This document shows positions 9,332 through 18,587 of a stretch of DNA of 42,301 bases, piece by piece. Made by a program: the position numbers and the translations under genes. The stretch is from the sequence record DRR378314_2140; one strand, written 5' to 3'. Under the pieces are notes generated by a model. It worked only from the letters and a program-made list of their open reading frames with translations, ran no database searches and was not told the origin of the DNA. Position 1 is the stretch's first letter; each line of letters begins with the position of its first letter.

Positions 9332-9829
9332 TCAGTTCCAGTTTTCATCAAAATCCAAATCTTCGTAATTGTCAAGGGTATTGTCAAAATCGAATTCACT
9401 TTCATCCGCTTCAAACTTTTTTTCAGGCGGGGAGTCCGGCAATTCACCAAAACTGAAAAGGGTATTGGGATAGATCTGTGCGTCTTCTTTTTCCACTATA
9501 TCCGCCAATTCAACGAAGAAGGTCCACATACTTAAAAAGTCATAAACGTAAATTAGCTTTGGAGAGTGCTCTGTTAGTATGTCCTTTAACTGAATTTCAT
9601 TCATTAAACGTACATCGGAGCCATTTTCACTCATGTCAAATAAGGCAATTTCCTCATCTTGTCTCCACTCTTCATCGCAGGTGTAAAAAGACGCCATTTC
9701 ATTTCCCAAAAAGCCAAAAGCTTGGGTAATGGCATTGTGAAGGTCTTCCATAGAATTGTTTTCCTCTATTTCGATATCCCTAAAAATATCTTCCTCTGCA
9801 TCTAGAATTATCCTTATTTTGTATATCAT
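9332..9829 (-). CDS. pRiA4b ORF-3-like family protein
   Basis: FRDIEI...EDLHNAI..AFGF...YVYDFLSMWTFFVEL pattern and acidic tail; ATG at 9829 with TAACTTTG -7 motif at 9851-9858. Confidence 0.75.
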   Translation of the reverse strand: MIYKIRIILDAEEDIFRDIEIEENNSMEDLHNAITQAFGFLGNEMASFYTCDEEWRQDEEIALFDMSENGSDVRLMNEIQLKDILTEHSPKLIYVYDFLSMWTFFVELADIVEKEDAQIYPNTLFSFGELPDSPPEKKFEADESEFDFDNTLDNYEDLDFDENWN

Positions 9830-9855
9830 TGGGTACTTTTTTTGTGGTGGCAAAG

Positions 9856-10890
9856 TTACAAAGTTTTCATGGTTTTAAAAGCATTTAGCGCTTCCAAAAC
9901 CAAATAGAATTGAAAACCGAATAAAACCGATGCAAACACTAGATGTAATGGCTGTGTAGCAAAAGGAAAATCCAGATAGTACATGGCCATCCCTGAAATA
10001 ACCTCCAAAAGCAAAAGTGCCAACACCCAATTTATTTTGGAATATCCGAGGTTTAATTTATAGATTCTTATGGCCAGGGCCAAGTTCAAAAGGACAACGA
10101 CTATGGAAAATGACCGGTGGATGTAAAATGATAGCGTTGCATTATTGAGCCATAGGTTGGGGGCATCTTCGCCATAAAGATCGCTTTGTACATCTACAAA
10201 CTGTCTTACCTGGGTACCCAAAACTATCTGGGCCAAGGTAGTCAAAAGAACAAAGATGATTAGGTTTCTAGTTATTTTATCTGGCTTTAAGAACTTGATA
10301 TTATTGCTGGTGGCTTGAATCAAGTATAGGATAAGCGCTACTATCAATAAGGCCATGACCATATGAATGGTTATTTTGGCCGGAGCCAGAACAGAATAAA
10401 CCACAGTGGCGCCAAGCCATGCCTGAAAACCCATGGCGAACACTACGACCCATGAAAGTATGGTGATAGATCTCTGCTTTTTCCAGTAAGTAAAAGAGGC
10501 AATGGCCATTATTAAGGTTCCCAGCCCGGCCAAGGCACCAAATAGCCTATTGATGAATTCGGTCCAGGTGTGGAAAGGATTAAAAATAGCGTAGTCATGC
10601 TTTGTATAAGGAGCCCAATTATTGGCATTATAGGAAGAAGAGGTACTAAAATTTTCTTTGGCTACCCATAAGGCTTCGTCTAGTATAATAACTTGACCTT
10701 TTTTGAATTCTTTTTCCGGTTGCCATTGCAATTCCTGAATGTCTGTAGGGGGTATATAATAACCGAAACATTTGGGCCAATCCGGGCATCCCATGCCGCT
10801 ACCTGTCATTCTTACCACTGCACCGGCCACAATTACCAAGTAGACCAAAACCAGACTGATCTTGGCGATTTTTGTAAATTTTTTCTGCAT
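9856..10890 (-). CDS. ctaA: COX15/CtaA family heme A synthase
   Basis: GAVVRMTGSGMGCPDWPKC; about 8 TM helices; conserved His in TIHM, YIHR and PLHL. Confidence 0.88.
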   Translation of the reverse strand: MQKKFTKIAKISLVLVYLVIVAGAVVRMTGSGMGCPDWPKCFGYYIPPTDIQELQWQPEKEFKKGQVIILDEALWVAKENFSTSSSYNANNWAPYTKHDYAIFNPFHTWTEFINRLFGALAGLGTLIMAIASFTYWKKQRSITILSWVVVFAMGFQAWLGATVVYSVLAPAKITIHMVMALLIVALILYLIQATSNNIKFLKPDKITRNLIIFVLLTTLAQIVLGTQVRQFVDVQSDLYGEDAPNLWLNNATLSFYIHRSFSIVVVLLNLALAIRIYKLNLGYSKINWVLALLLLEVISGMAMYYLDFPFATQPLHLVFASVLFGFQFYLVLEALNAFKTMKTL

Positions 10891-10912
10891 TTGGATGTTT
10901 GAAAGAGTTCTG

Positions 10913-10920
10913 CAAAATTA
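10913..10920 (-). promoter_or_regulatory. Bacteroidetes primary-sigma -7 element of ctaA
   Basis: TAATTTTG on the minus strand (TAnnTTTG), 22 nt upstream of the ATG. Confidence 0.55.
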
Positions 10921-11155
10921 CCACTCTTTTCTTAAAAAAACCGCTATGGATAAGGGGAATTTATTAGAAGGATCAGTATTCCAAAAGTTGTAGGGGCATT
11001 GAATTGGGAGGCTCAAAGCAATCCTTCCTTTATGTTGGGGTCCATGTCCGAATACCCGGACCATTGGCTAGGGAATCTTAGGCTTGCCCTGAGATTAATT
11101 CCGTATACTTTCACGTATTAAACTCCTATTTGTTATGCCAAAAGTAAGGGAAGGC

Positions 11156-12580
11156 TTATTTCGATTTGAGCCCCATTTCCTTTCCTTTTTGTAACATTAG
11201 GGTGTGGGCGGCATTGTATTCATTGGGAATATCTCCTTCCAAAATAGCTTCCTTAATGGCCTCCTTGATCATGCCAATCTCCTTGGATGGTTTTAGGTTG
11301 AAAGTTTCCATAATTTCTTCGCCACTAATTGGGGGTTGAAAGTTTCTTATGTGATCCCTTTCCTCTACCTCTTCAATTTTTTGACGGACAATTTTAAAAT
11401 TGTTCCTATACCTTTTTTGTTTTTTAGGATTCTTGGTAGTAATATCCGCCTCACATAGGGTCATTAAATCTTCTACATGCTCTCCCGCATCAAAAATAAG
11501 CCTTCGAACTGCCGAGTCGGTTACAAAATCCTCGGAAAGGACAATGGGCCTGGAACTCATTAGGACCATTTTCTGGACGAATTTCATTTTTTCGTTCAAA
11601 GGCAACCTAAGTCGCTTAAATAGTTTGTAGACCATTTTGGATCCCACAAATTCGTGCGCATGGAATGTCCACCCAATTTTTTTATCGAATTTTTTGGTAG
11701 GGGCCTTGCCAATATCGTGCAATAGGGCGGCCCAACGCAGCCAAACATTATCCGTATTTTCGGAAATATTATCAACTACTTCCAAGGTATGCCAAAAATT
11801 GTCCTTATGTCTTTGCCCTTCTATTTCCTCAATTCCTTCCAGAGCAACCAGTTCCGGCATTATAAAAGGCAAAAGTCCTGTTTCGTGGAGCAAGGAAAAT
11901 CCGACAGAGGGTTTGCTGCTTGCCAAAATTTTATGTAATTCGTCCACGATGCGCTCATTGGAAATAATTTTAATTCTTTCCTTGTTGTCCACAATGGCCT
12001 GTAACGATTCGGGATGAATTATAAAGTTCAACTGGGTTGCAAATCTTATGGCGCGCATCATTCGCAAAGGATCATCGGAATAGGTGATCGATGGGTCCAA
12101 AGGAGTTCTGATCAATTGTCTTTTTAGATCCCCAATGCCGTCAAAGGGGTCCAAAAGTTGTCCGTAGTCCTGTGGATTAAGTGAAATGGCCAAGGCATTT
12201 ATGGTGAAGTCCCGTCTTTTTTGGTCATCTTCCAAGCTCCCATTTTCAACAACAGGTTTTCTACTGTCCCTATGGTAACTTTCTTTTCTTGCCCCAACAA
12301 ATTCAATTTCAATGTCTTGAAATTTGATCATTGCGGTTCCAAAATTTTTAAAGATACTGACCTCCGAACTCCCCGGTAATTTTTTGGCGACCAATTTGGC
12401 CAATTCTATTCCGCTGCCAATAGCTACAATGTCTATATCTTTGTGGGTTCCCCTTTGTAGCAAATAGTCCCTCACAAAGCCTCCGATTACGTAGGAATCT
12501 AATGAAAGTTCCTTGGCGGCATCGGAAATGGTAGAAAATATTGGGTTGTTTATGGCCTCTTCGTGGTTTCTCTTCGTCAT
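11156..12580 (-). CDS. CCA tRNA nucleotidyltransferase / poly(A) polymerase family protein with HD domain
   Basis: [37 protein letters not shown]. Confidence 0.93.
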   Translation of the reverse strand: MTKRNHEEAINNPIFSTISDAAKELSLDSYVIGGFVRDYLLQRGTHKDIDIVAIGSGIELAKLVAKKLPGSSEVSIFKNFGTAMIKFQDIEIEFVGARKESYHRDSRKPVVENGSLEDDQKRRDFTINALAISLNPQDYGQLLDPFDGIGDLKRQLIRTPLDPSITYSDDPLRMMRAIRFATQLNFIIHPESLQAIVDNKERIKIISNERIVDELHKILASSKPSVGFSLLHETGLLPFIMPELVALEGIEEIEGQRHKDNFWHTLEVVDNISENTDNVWLRWAALLHDIGKAPTKKFDKKIGWTFHAHEFVGSKMVYKLFKRLRLPLNEKMKFVQKMVLMSSRPIVLSEDFVTDSAVRRLIFDAGEHVEDLMTLCEADITTKNPKKQKRYRNNFKIVRQKIEEVEERDHIRNFQPPISGEEIMETFNLKPSKEIGMIKEAIKEAILEGDIPNEYNAAHTLMLQKGKEMGLKSK

Positions 12581-12582
12581 TC

Positions 12583-13152
12583 TTACTCTCGGATCACTTT
12601 TACGGTACCATCATTACCGAGCATAATAATGGAAGATGGAGTACTGTTAATTTTATCGCGGTCCAAATTTACTATATAGTCCACACCTTTTAAAATCTCA
12701 TTGGATATTTCTTTGTAAGAATTGGGGGTTGGTTGCCCAGCTATATTTGCGGAGGTAGACACGATGGGCTTTTTAAATTTCTTTATCAGGTACTGGCAAA
12801 ATTGATCATTAGCTACCCTAATGGCCAAGGTGTTGTCATTGGCGATTAAATTTGCGGCCACCCCTTTAGGGGAATCATAGACAATGGTTGTTGGTTTGGT
12901 AGCAAGGTCTATAATGTCATAGGCCAGTTCCGGTACTTTTTCTACATGCTGTTCCAGCATAAAATCATTGGCCACCAAACAGATCATGGTCTTGGAATTT
13001 GATCTTTGTTTTAGGGCATATATTTTTTCTACAGCTGCCGCATTGGTGGCATCACAGCCAATACCCCAAACGGTATCCGTAGGATATAATATTAGACCTC
13101 CTTTAGTTAGAATATCATAGCATTGGTTTACCTCGGCAAGCAAATCTTTCAT
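12583..13152 (-). CDS. tsaC: L-threonylcarbamoyladenylate synthase (Sua5/YrdC)
   Basis: [13 protein letters not shown]-x-R (LKQR), STSAN motifs. Confidence 0.92.
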   Translation of the reverse strand: MKDLLAEVNQCYDILTKGGLILYPTDTVWGIGCDATNAAAVEKIYALKQRSNSKTMICLVANDFMLEQHVEKVPELAYDIIDLATKPTTIVYDSPKGVAANLIANDNTLAIRVANDQFCQYLIKKFKKPIVSTSANIAGQPTPNSYKEISNEILKGVDYIVNLDRDKINSTPSSIIMLGNDGTVKVIRE

Positions 13153-13158
13153 AATACT

Positions 13159-14982
13159 TTATCCTCTTAAATTTCTTAATCTTTTTAATTCCTTATATCG
13201 GGAATACACTCCCAATGCATTGAGATAACATATAATTACCCCTTTTTTTCCGTCGAGTATTCCAAATCTTAGAATATAATGATTGAAAAATTTGTAAAAT
13301 GGGCGGAATACAAAGTGGTAAAAGTTGGGGGCATAATCCTTTTTAAGTTCCTCTACCGCTTTCATTTGTCCATACTTTATCATTTTGCCCTTATAGTCTT
13401 CATAATTTTTGTAAGAATAATGTACTAGCTTGTTTTTGAGCACATCGGACTCTCCGTCCACAACCAATGTTTCGTGTACTATTCTTTCCTCTGTAAAATG
13501 CACTTTGCTCTTTTTGAACAGTCTATAATTTTTATCGCTCTGCCAACCACTGAAGTGCAAAACCTTATTTTTAAACATAAATGTTCGGTAAAAATAATAG
13601 GCATCTGCCGTTGGTTCTGAGGAATTAACGGTTGCTAAAATTTCATTTCTAAGTCGATCCGGAATTCGTTCATCAGCATCCAGGAAAATTACCCAATCAT
13701 TGGTTGCCTGTTCCAGGGCGAAGGATTTTTGATCTGTATAATTTAAAAATGGTCGCTGTATCAATTTTACATTGGGATGCTCCTTGATCTTTTCGATGGT
13801 GCCATCCGTACTAAAGGAATCCACAACGATTATCTCGTCCGCAAACTTTACATTTTCCAGAACAGCATTGATATGGATATCCTCATTATAGGTAATGAGA
13901 ATGGCAGAAATTTTATTGGTTTTTTCACCAATAAAGGGGTTTTTTGTAGGTTTCCCGAACATGGAATCTATTTTAAGCCTTCTGGCTAGGGACAGCTTCC
14001 TTTCTTCTGGTACTCCATGTATTTCAATGTATTCTTTGACCGCATTGACCATGCGAAGCGCCGACTTTCCATCCTGATACGGGTGGAACTGCATGTTTAT
14101 GTAAGCTCTTTCCGCAGCGTGTGGGTCTAGGTTAAAATTGTCCAAAACTTTTTGGGTAAGACCAGTGTAAGATTTTGAGTTGTCCCACAACACCTTATCG
14201 GCAATATTCTTGAAGGATATTACCGGCTTGTCCAGGAGGATGAATTCATAAATTACGGATGAGGTATCACTAACCAATATATCTGCCTGTATAAGCGATT
14301 TAATAATGTTTTTGTCCTCTTTGAAAAGTACATTGCTCACTTCATAGGACAATCTTTTGTATGCCTTTATCCATTTTGGGTCCATAAGGTCATGGAGTTT
14401 TATAAGGATAACATATCCCGTGGTCTCGGCAAGGTTTTTTATTTCCTGCAGTAGATAGGGGGCAGAGGTTAGGCTAGGGGAGAAGGTAGGGGCATAGAGC
14501 ACAATTTTATCCGTGTTGAACTGCTGCAATATGGCCTTTTTTTCAAAGTCATACCTGTTTTTTTCAGTGCTATAAACATCTAATTTGGGCCATCCGGTCT
14601 CGATGACATCAAAATTCTTGTGTACTTTTTTTAACTCATTAAATTTATCCGTGAAGTACGGACCTTGTGTAAGATAAAGATCAAAATAGTGCCGTATCCT
14701 GAAATGGCCCTTTTTTTCACCGGCAAGTCCATGAAAAACTTGTACTTTTAATCCTCGGATATAATAAGGAACTTCATTTCCAGGAACGAAAATAGCATCA
14801 CTTTTATAAAGTTGTAAATCTAAAGTGCGAACCGTATAATCTTCATTTTTATATGGAAAATTGTCCAAGAGTTTCCCGGATATATACCAAAGAAAGTCAT
14901 GTCCCTGTACCTGGAGCACATCCCGGATGGGAGCAAGGATGCCAAAGGCATATGCATTTTGGCAAAATAAAATTACTTTCAT
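13159..14982 (-). CDS. Fusion of a CDP-glycerol glycerophosphotransferase (TagB/TagF-like) domain and a GT2 (WaaE/KdtX-like) glycosyltransferase
   Basis: N-terminal QVFHG, TGWPKLD, LYAPTF, IKLH, LVSDTSSVIYEF...DKPV; C-terminal ITYNE, VVDSFSTDGT, FLDADE, VHE. Confidence 0.88.
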   Translation of the reverse strand: MKVILFCQNAYAFGILAPIRDVLQVQGHDFLWYISGKLLDNFPYKNEDYTVRTLDLQLYKSDAIFVPGNEVPYYIRGLKVQVFHGLAGEKKGHFRIRHYFDLYLTQGPYFTDKFNELKKVHKNFDVIETGWPKLDVYSTEKNRYDFEKKAILQQFNTDKIVLYAPTFSPSLTSAPYLLQEIKNLAETTGYVILIKLHDLMDPKWIKAYKRLSYEVSNVLFKEDKNIIKSLIQADILVSDTSSVIYEFILLDKPVISFKNIADKVLWDNSKSYTGLTQKVLDNFNLDPHAAERAYINMQFHPYQDGKSALRMVNAVKEYIEIHGVPEERKLSLARRLKIDSMFGKPTKNPFIGEKTNKISAILITYNEDIHINAVLENVKFADEIIVVDSFSTDGTIEKIKEHPNVKLIQRPFLNYTDQKSFALEQATNDWVIFLDADERIPDRLRNEILATVNSSEPTADAYYFYRTFMFKNKVLHFSGWQSDKNYRLFKKSKVHFTEERIVHETLVVDGESDVLKNKLVHYSYKNYEDYKGKMIKYGQMKAVEELKKDYAPNFYHFVFRPFYKFFNHYILRFGILDGKKGVIICYLNALGVYSRYKELKRLRNLRG

Positions 14983-15665
14983 TTGCGAAATAGGGTATTG
15001 GCATTTTCCAAATCTTCCTTAAAATCAACTTCCATACAATTGTAATCGGAAATGTCCACAGCACTAATTTTAAGGCCGTCCTTTTCTATGGCCATCTCCA
15101 GACCTCTTTCAAAATAATCATTGTCATCACATTGTTCAAGTCTGGTGATAAAGCTTTTTATATCCTTGGCGGCTATGAAATTAATACCTACCGCCTCACC
15201 AAGTCCATTTTTCACCGTCTTGGACAATTTGTCAATAAAATTATCCTTCAATGTATATTTCACCTCTTCATCCGCAACTTTACTCGTGTTTACTGCTACA
15301 AACGATTGATTTTTGTTAATATAGGGTATCAGGACCGATAGGAGACTTACGTCAAAAACAACATCGCCATTGAGCCAAAGCACTGATTTGTCCCTATTTT
15401 TTCTAAGGGCTTTCAAAAGGCTTTTGGAAGTATTGGTCTGATCAAAAAATGGGTTGTATATATAGGTCAGTTCCGGAAAGCGTTCCATTATTAGATCTTT
15501 TTTAAAACCAACAACAACGTTAATGTCATCCACGTCAAAGGTGTCATCCAAATTGTTGACCTGCATCTCCATAATACATTTTCCATTTTTTAAAGGTGTT
15601 AAAGGTTTGGGAAATGGATTCCCAAGTCTTGATCCAATACCTGCTGCTAAAATGACAATTTTCAT
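14979..15665 (-). CDS. Phosphocholine cytidylyltransferase (LicC)-like NTP transferase
   Basis: ILAAGIGSRL..PKPL, NGD, GEAVGI, YFE, EVDFKEDL; ATGA overlap with the downstream gene. Confidence 0.82.
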   Translation of the reverse strand: MKIVILAAGIGSRLGNPFPKPLTPLKNGKCIMEMQVNNLDDTFDVDDINVVVGFKKDLIMERFPELTYIYNPFFDQTNTSKSLLKALRKNRDKSVLWLNGDVVFDVSLLSVLIPYINKNQSFVAVNTSKVADEEVKYTLKDNFIDKLSKTVKNGLGEAVGINFIAAKDIKSFITRLEQCDDNDYFERGLEMAIEKDGLKISAVDISDYNCMEVDFKEDLENANTLFRK

Positions 15666-15682
15666 GAGTTTTTAATTAAAAG

Positions 15683-16591
15683 CTAGTCCGTAACTAGACT
15701 GGTTATATATTTTTGTCCTTTTGGAATCGCTGGTAGAACAAAGTAATCACCAATTATTTTATTGTATTTTTCTGGCAAAAAGCTATTCCTGGCATCGGAG
15801 GGATAAAAGGTCATTTCACCAAATAATGTTTTTCCTTGTATGGAATAAAGGTCCACTCTGGTAAACGGAAGTTTGGCCGCTAATTTTTGGGCTACTTTTT
15901 TCATTTCTCCAAAATTTTCAGGCTTATCAATTTCTCCTTCGTAGAAAGGGGTGTTTTTGGTATATAGGTCTAGTTTCTTCCACTCCATATCATAGTAACA
16001 CCTAGAGTTCGTCGTACCTCTATCCAAATCGATTTGGACGAATTTAGGTACTCCGTTAAAGCAAAAAAACTTGTAGTCGTTCAATACCTCCTTGCCCATT
16101 TCTTCTAGGTATTTTTCTGCAATTAGCCTGGGCTTAACATCTTTATAGGCCCATTCCTTGCCGCCCCGGAAGTATTGGTTCTTGGACATCCATTTCTTGA
16201 GTAAATATCTCGATTTAATTTTATTCAGCTTTTTCTTATCCTTAACAATTAGATTGAAATGATAGCCATGGACCCCCTTGATTACAAATTGATCAGGCAA
16301 TTTGTCAAAATCCACTTCGGAACTTCTTTCATATACCGCTAGGGTCTCATTTAAATATTGTTTTCCAATTTTGTCTTCCACATAAGATTTAACGGCATAT
16401 TTGTCTACAAGCTGATTTAATATTTTAGGTCTGAAAAAAACTTTGTACCACGATATTTTTTCGTAGAATTCAACCGGATTGTCAAGATCCAATTTCTTGC
16501 CCGAGTAATATTCGTAATAGATTTTTATGAACGTCTTCTGGGGAAGAAATTTAAATTTCTTTAGAAGTCCAAATAATATTTTTTTAACCAT
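15683..16591 (-). CDS. TupA-like ATP-grasp amidoligase
   Basis: LDNPVEFYEKI, LVDKYAVK.YV, LP..FVIK..H, EWAYKDVKPRLIAEKYL, DYKFFCFNG, RVDLY, GEMTFYP. Confidence 0.88.
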   Translation of the reverse strand: MVKKILFGLLKKFKFLPQKTFIKIYYEYYSGKKLDLDNPVEFYEKISWYKVFFRPKILNQLVDKYAVKSYVEDKIGKQYLNETLAVYERSSEVDFDKLPDQFVIKGVHGYHFNLIVKDKKKLNKIKSRYLLKKWMSKNQYFRGGKEWAYKDVKPRLIAEKYLEEMGKEVLNDYKFFCFNGVPKFVQIDLDRGTTNSRCYYDMEWKKLDLYTKNTPFYEGEIDKPENFGEMKKVAQKLAAKLPFTRVDLYSIQGKTLFGEMTFYPSDARNSFLPEKYNKIIGDYFVLPAIPKGQKYITSLVTD

Positions 16592-16655
16592 AACCTAATA
16601 CAAAGATAAAGTAGGTGGGCAAAGATATGTAAATAAAGGTTTATAATTTTGCTGG

Positions 16656-17483
16656 GTGGACAACTGCACCCCTTCAATATCCGTTATTGTAAGTACTTAT
16701 AATTCCGAAGAATGGTTGGAAAAGGTACTATGGGGTTTTCATCAACAAAGTTATCGGGATTTTGAGGTAGTAATAGCCGATGATGGTTCGGGGCCCCGAA
16801 CCAAGGACTTGATTGGATCGATGGCAGATACGGTTTTTTATAAAATTCTTCATGTGTGGCAGGAGGATGAGGGATTTCAGAAATCCAAAATATTGAATAA
16901 GGCATTAAAAGCCTGCCGTGCAGAATATGTAATTATGACGGATGGCGATTGTATTCCTAGGAAAGATTTTGTTGAAGTGCATCAATTCAATAAGGCTGCT
17001 GGCCATTTTATCTCCGGAGGTTATTTTATGTTACCTATGAATATTTCCCAAATAATTACGAAGGAGGATATTGAGGAGCAAAATTGTTTTAACATTAAGT
17101 GGCTAGAGGCCCAAGGCATAGCCAAAAAGTTTAAAAGTGCAAAATTGACTGCAAAGGGACATGTGTCAAAGTTCCTAAATTCATGGACCCCTACAAATGC
17201 CAGCTGGAACGGACATAACTCATCCGGTTGGAAGGCGGATATTCTAAGGATAAACGGTTTTGATGAAAGGATGCAGTACGGAGGACAAGATAGGGAACTT
17301 GGGGAAAGATTGGTAAACAGTGGAATTAAGCCAATACAATTAAGGTACAGTGCTATATGTGTGCATTTGGATCACAAAAGAGGGTATAAAACGGAAGCTT
17401 CCATACATAAGAACAAATTCATCAGGAAAGAGGTAAAGAAGACAAGAAGTTCTTGGACCGATTATGGCTTGATCAAAAAATAG
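16656..17483 (+). CDS. Glycosyltransferase family 2 with galactosyltransferase-like C-terminus
   Basis: SVIVSTYN, ADDGS, TDGD, NGFDE..YGGQD, HLDH; GTG start uncertain. Confidence 0.88.
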   Translation: MDNCTPSISVIVSTYNSEEWLEKVLWGFHQQSYRDFEVVIADDGSGPRTKDLIGSMADTVFYKILHVWQEDEGFQKSKILNKALKACRAEYVIMTDGDCIPRKDFVEVHQFNKAAGHFISGGYFMLPMNISQIITKEDIEEQNCFNIKWLEAQGIAKKFKSAKLTAKGHVSKFLNSWTPTNASWNGHNSSGWKADILRINGFDERMQYGGQDRELGERLVNSGIKPIQLRYSAICVHLDHKRGYKTEASIHKNKFIRKEVKKTRSSWTDYGLIKK

Positions 17484-18256
17484 CTTAATTTCTCCTTTTT
17501 GCCCAAGCGCTTTAGCTCCATATACCTTTCAAAATCGCCTAAGGCATTTAAATAGCATATGGTAATCCCTTTTTTACCATCAAGTATTCCCAATCTAATT
17601 ATGTAGTGGTTAAAAAACTTCCAAAAAGGTTTAAAGATTAAAAGTAAGTAATTGAACCTTTTGTCCTTTTGATGGGCTTCTTTGGCTTTTAATCGCCCGT
17701 ATTTAAGCATTTTAAATTTGTAATCCTCATAGTTCTTATAGCAAAAATGCATTAATTTTTGCTTCAATATCCCGGATGTACCCTTGACAATAAGGGTTTC
17801 ATGAACTATTTTTTCCTTGCAAAATTGAGCCCTACTTTTTCTGAAAAGTCGGTAGTTCTTATCAGTTTGCCATCCACTAAAGCGAAGGCGACTGTTTTTG
17901 AACATAAATTTTCGGTAGAACCAATATGCACAATGTTCAGAATCTTTTTTGGCCTTGGCTTTTATTTCATTCCTTAACTTGTCCGTTACCACTTCATCCG
18001 CATCCAAGAAGAGGACCCAATCATGTGAAGCCCATTTTAGGGCAAAGGATTTTTGGGCCGTATAGTTTTCGAACTCGTTTTGGATAACCCTAACCTTGGG
18101 GTGATTTTTGAGATACTCGTAGGTGCCATCCGTACTATACGAATCCACCACTATAATTTCATCTGCAAACTGAATGGAATCTATACACTTTTCAATATAT
18201 CCCATTTCATTATAAGTGATTATTAAGGCCGATATTTTTTCACTTTGATCTATCAT
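17462..18256 (-). CDS. Glycosyltransferase family 2 (WaaE/KdtX-like, LPS core type)
   Basis: ITYNE, VVDSYSTDGT, FLDADE, VHE, GILDGKKG. Confidence 0.9.
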   Translation of the reverse strand: MIDQSEKISALIITYNEMGYIEKCIDSIQFADEIIVVDSYSTDGTYEYLKNHPKVRVIQNEFENYTAQKSFALKWASHDWVLFLDADEVVTDKLRNEIKAKAKKDSEHCAYWFYRKFMFKNSRLRFSGWQTDKNYRLFRKSRAQFCKEKIVHETLIVKGTSGILKQKLMHFCYKNYEDYKFKMLKYGRLKAKEAHQKDKRFNYLLLIFKPFWKFFNHYIIRLGILDGKKGITICYLNALGDFERYMELKRLGKKEKLSYFLIKP

Positions 18257-18587
18257 GCAATCGAAATTTTTACCACTTATTAGATAATTTTAATGGAAAT
18301 AGTTGCGTTAAAATCACTAAAACTTATAACGATATTACCAAATACATAACAATTAAAAATCAATAATAGTATATCATATAACAAGTAGTTTTTCCTAGAA
18401 TGTGCCACAGAAGTTTAATTAATATTGGATATTGACTTGATTTTTAGGGCATTTCTACAAGGGATTGGGCAAATGAATAGCTGAAGAGTCTAGTGTGGTT
18501 AATAATTTATTAAGGTTTTTTTTATGATAACTTCATAAATATGGGAGTTGGGTAGGGCAATATATAATAATTGGGTTATAATAATTT

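Noticed and set aside
9332-9829. pRiA4b ORF-3 gene as evidence of a plasmid or IS element
   Set aside because: No transposase, integrase or terminal repeats; it is embedded among housekeeping genes
11045-11055. TGTCCGAATAC shared with the intergenic region near 25644
   Set aside because: An 11-bp match is expected by chance in 42 kb, and the flanks do not align
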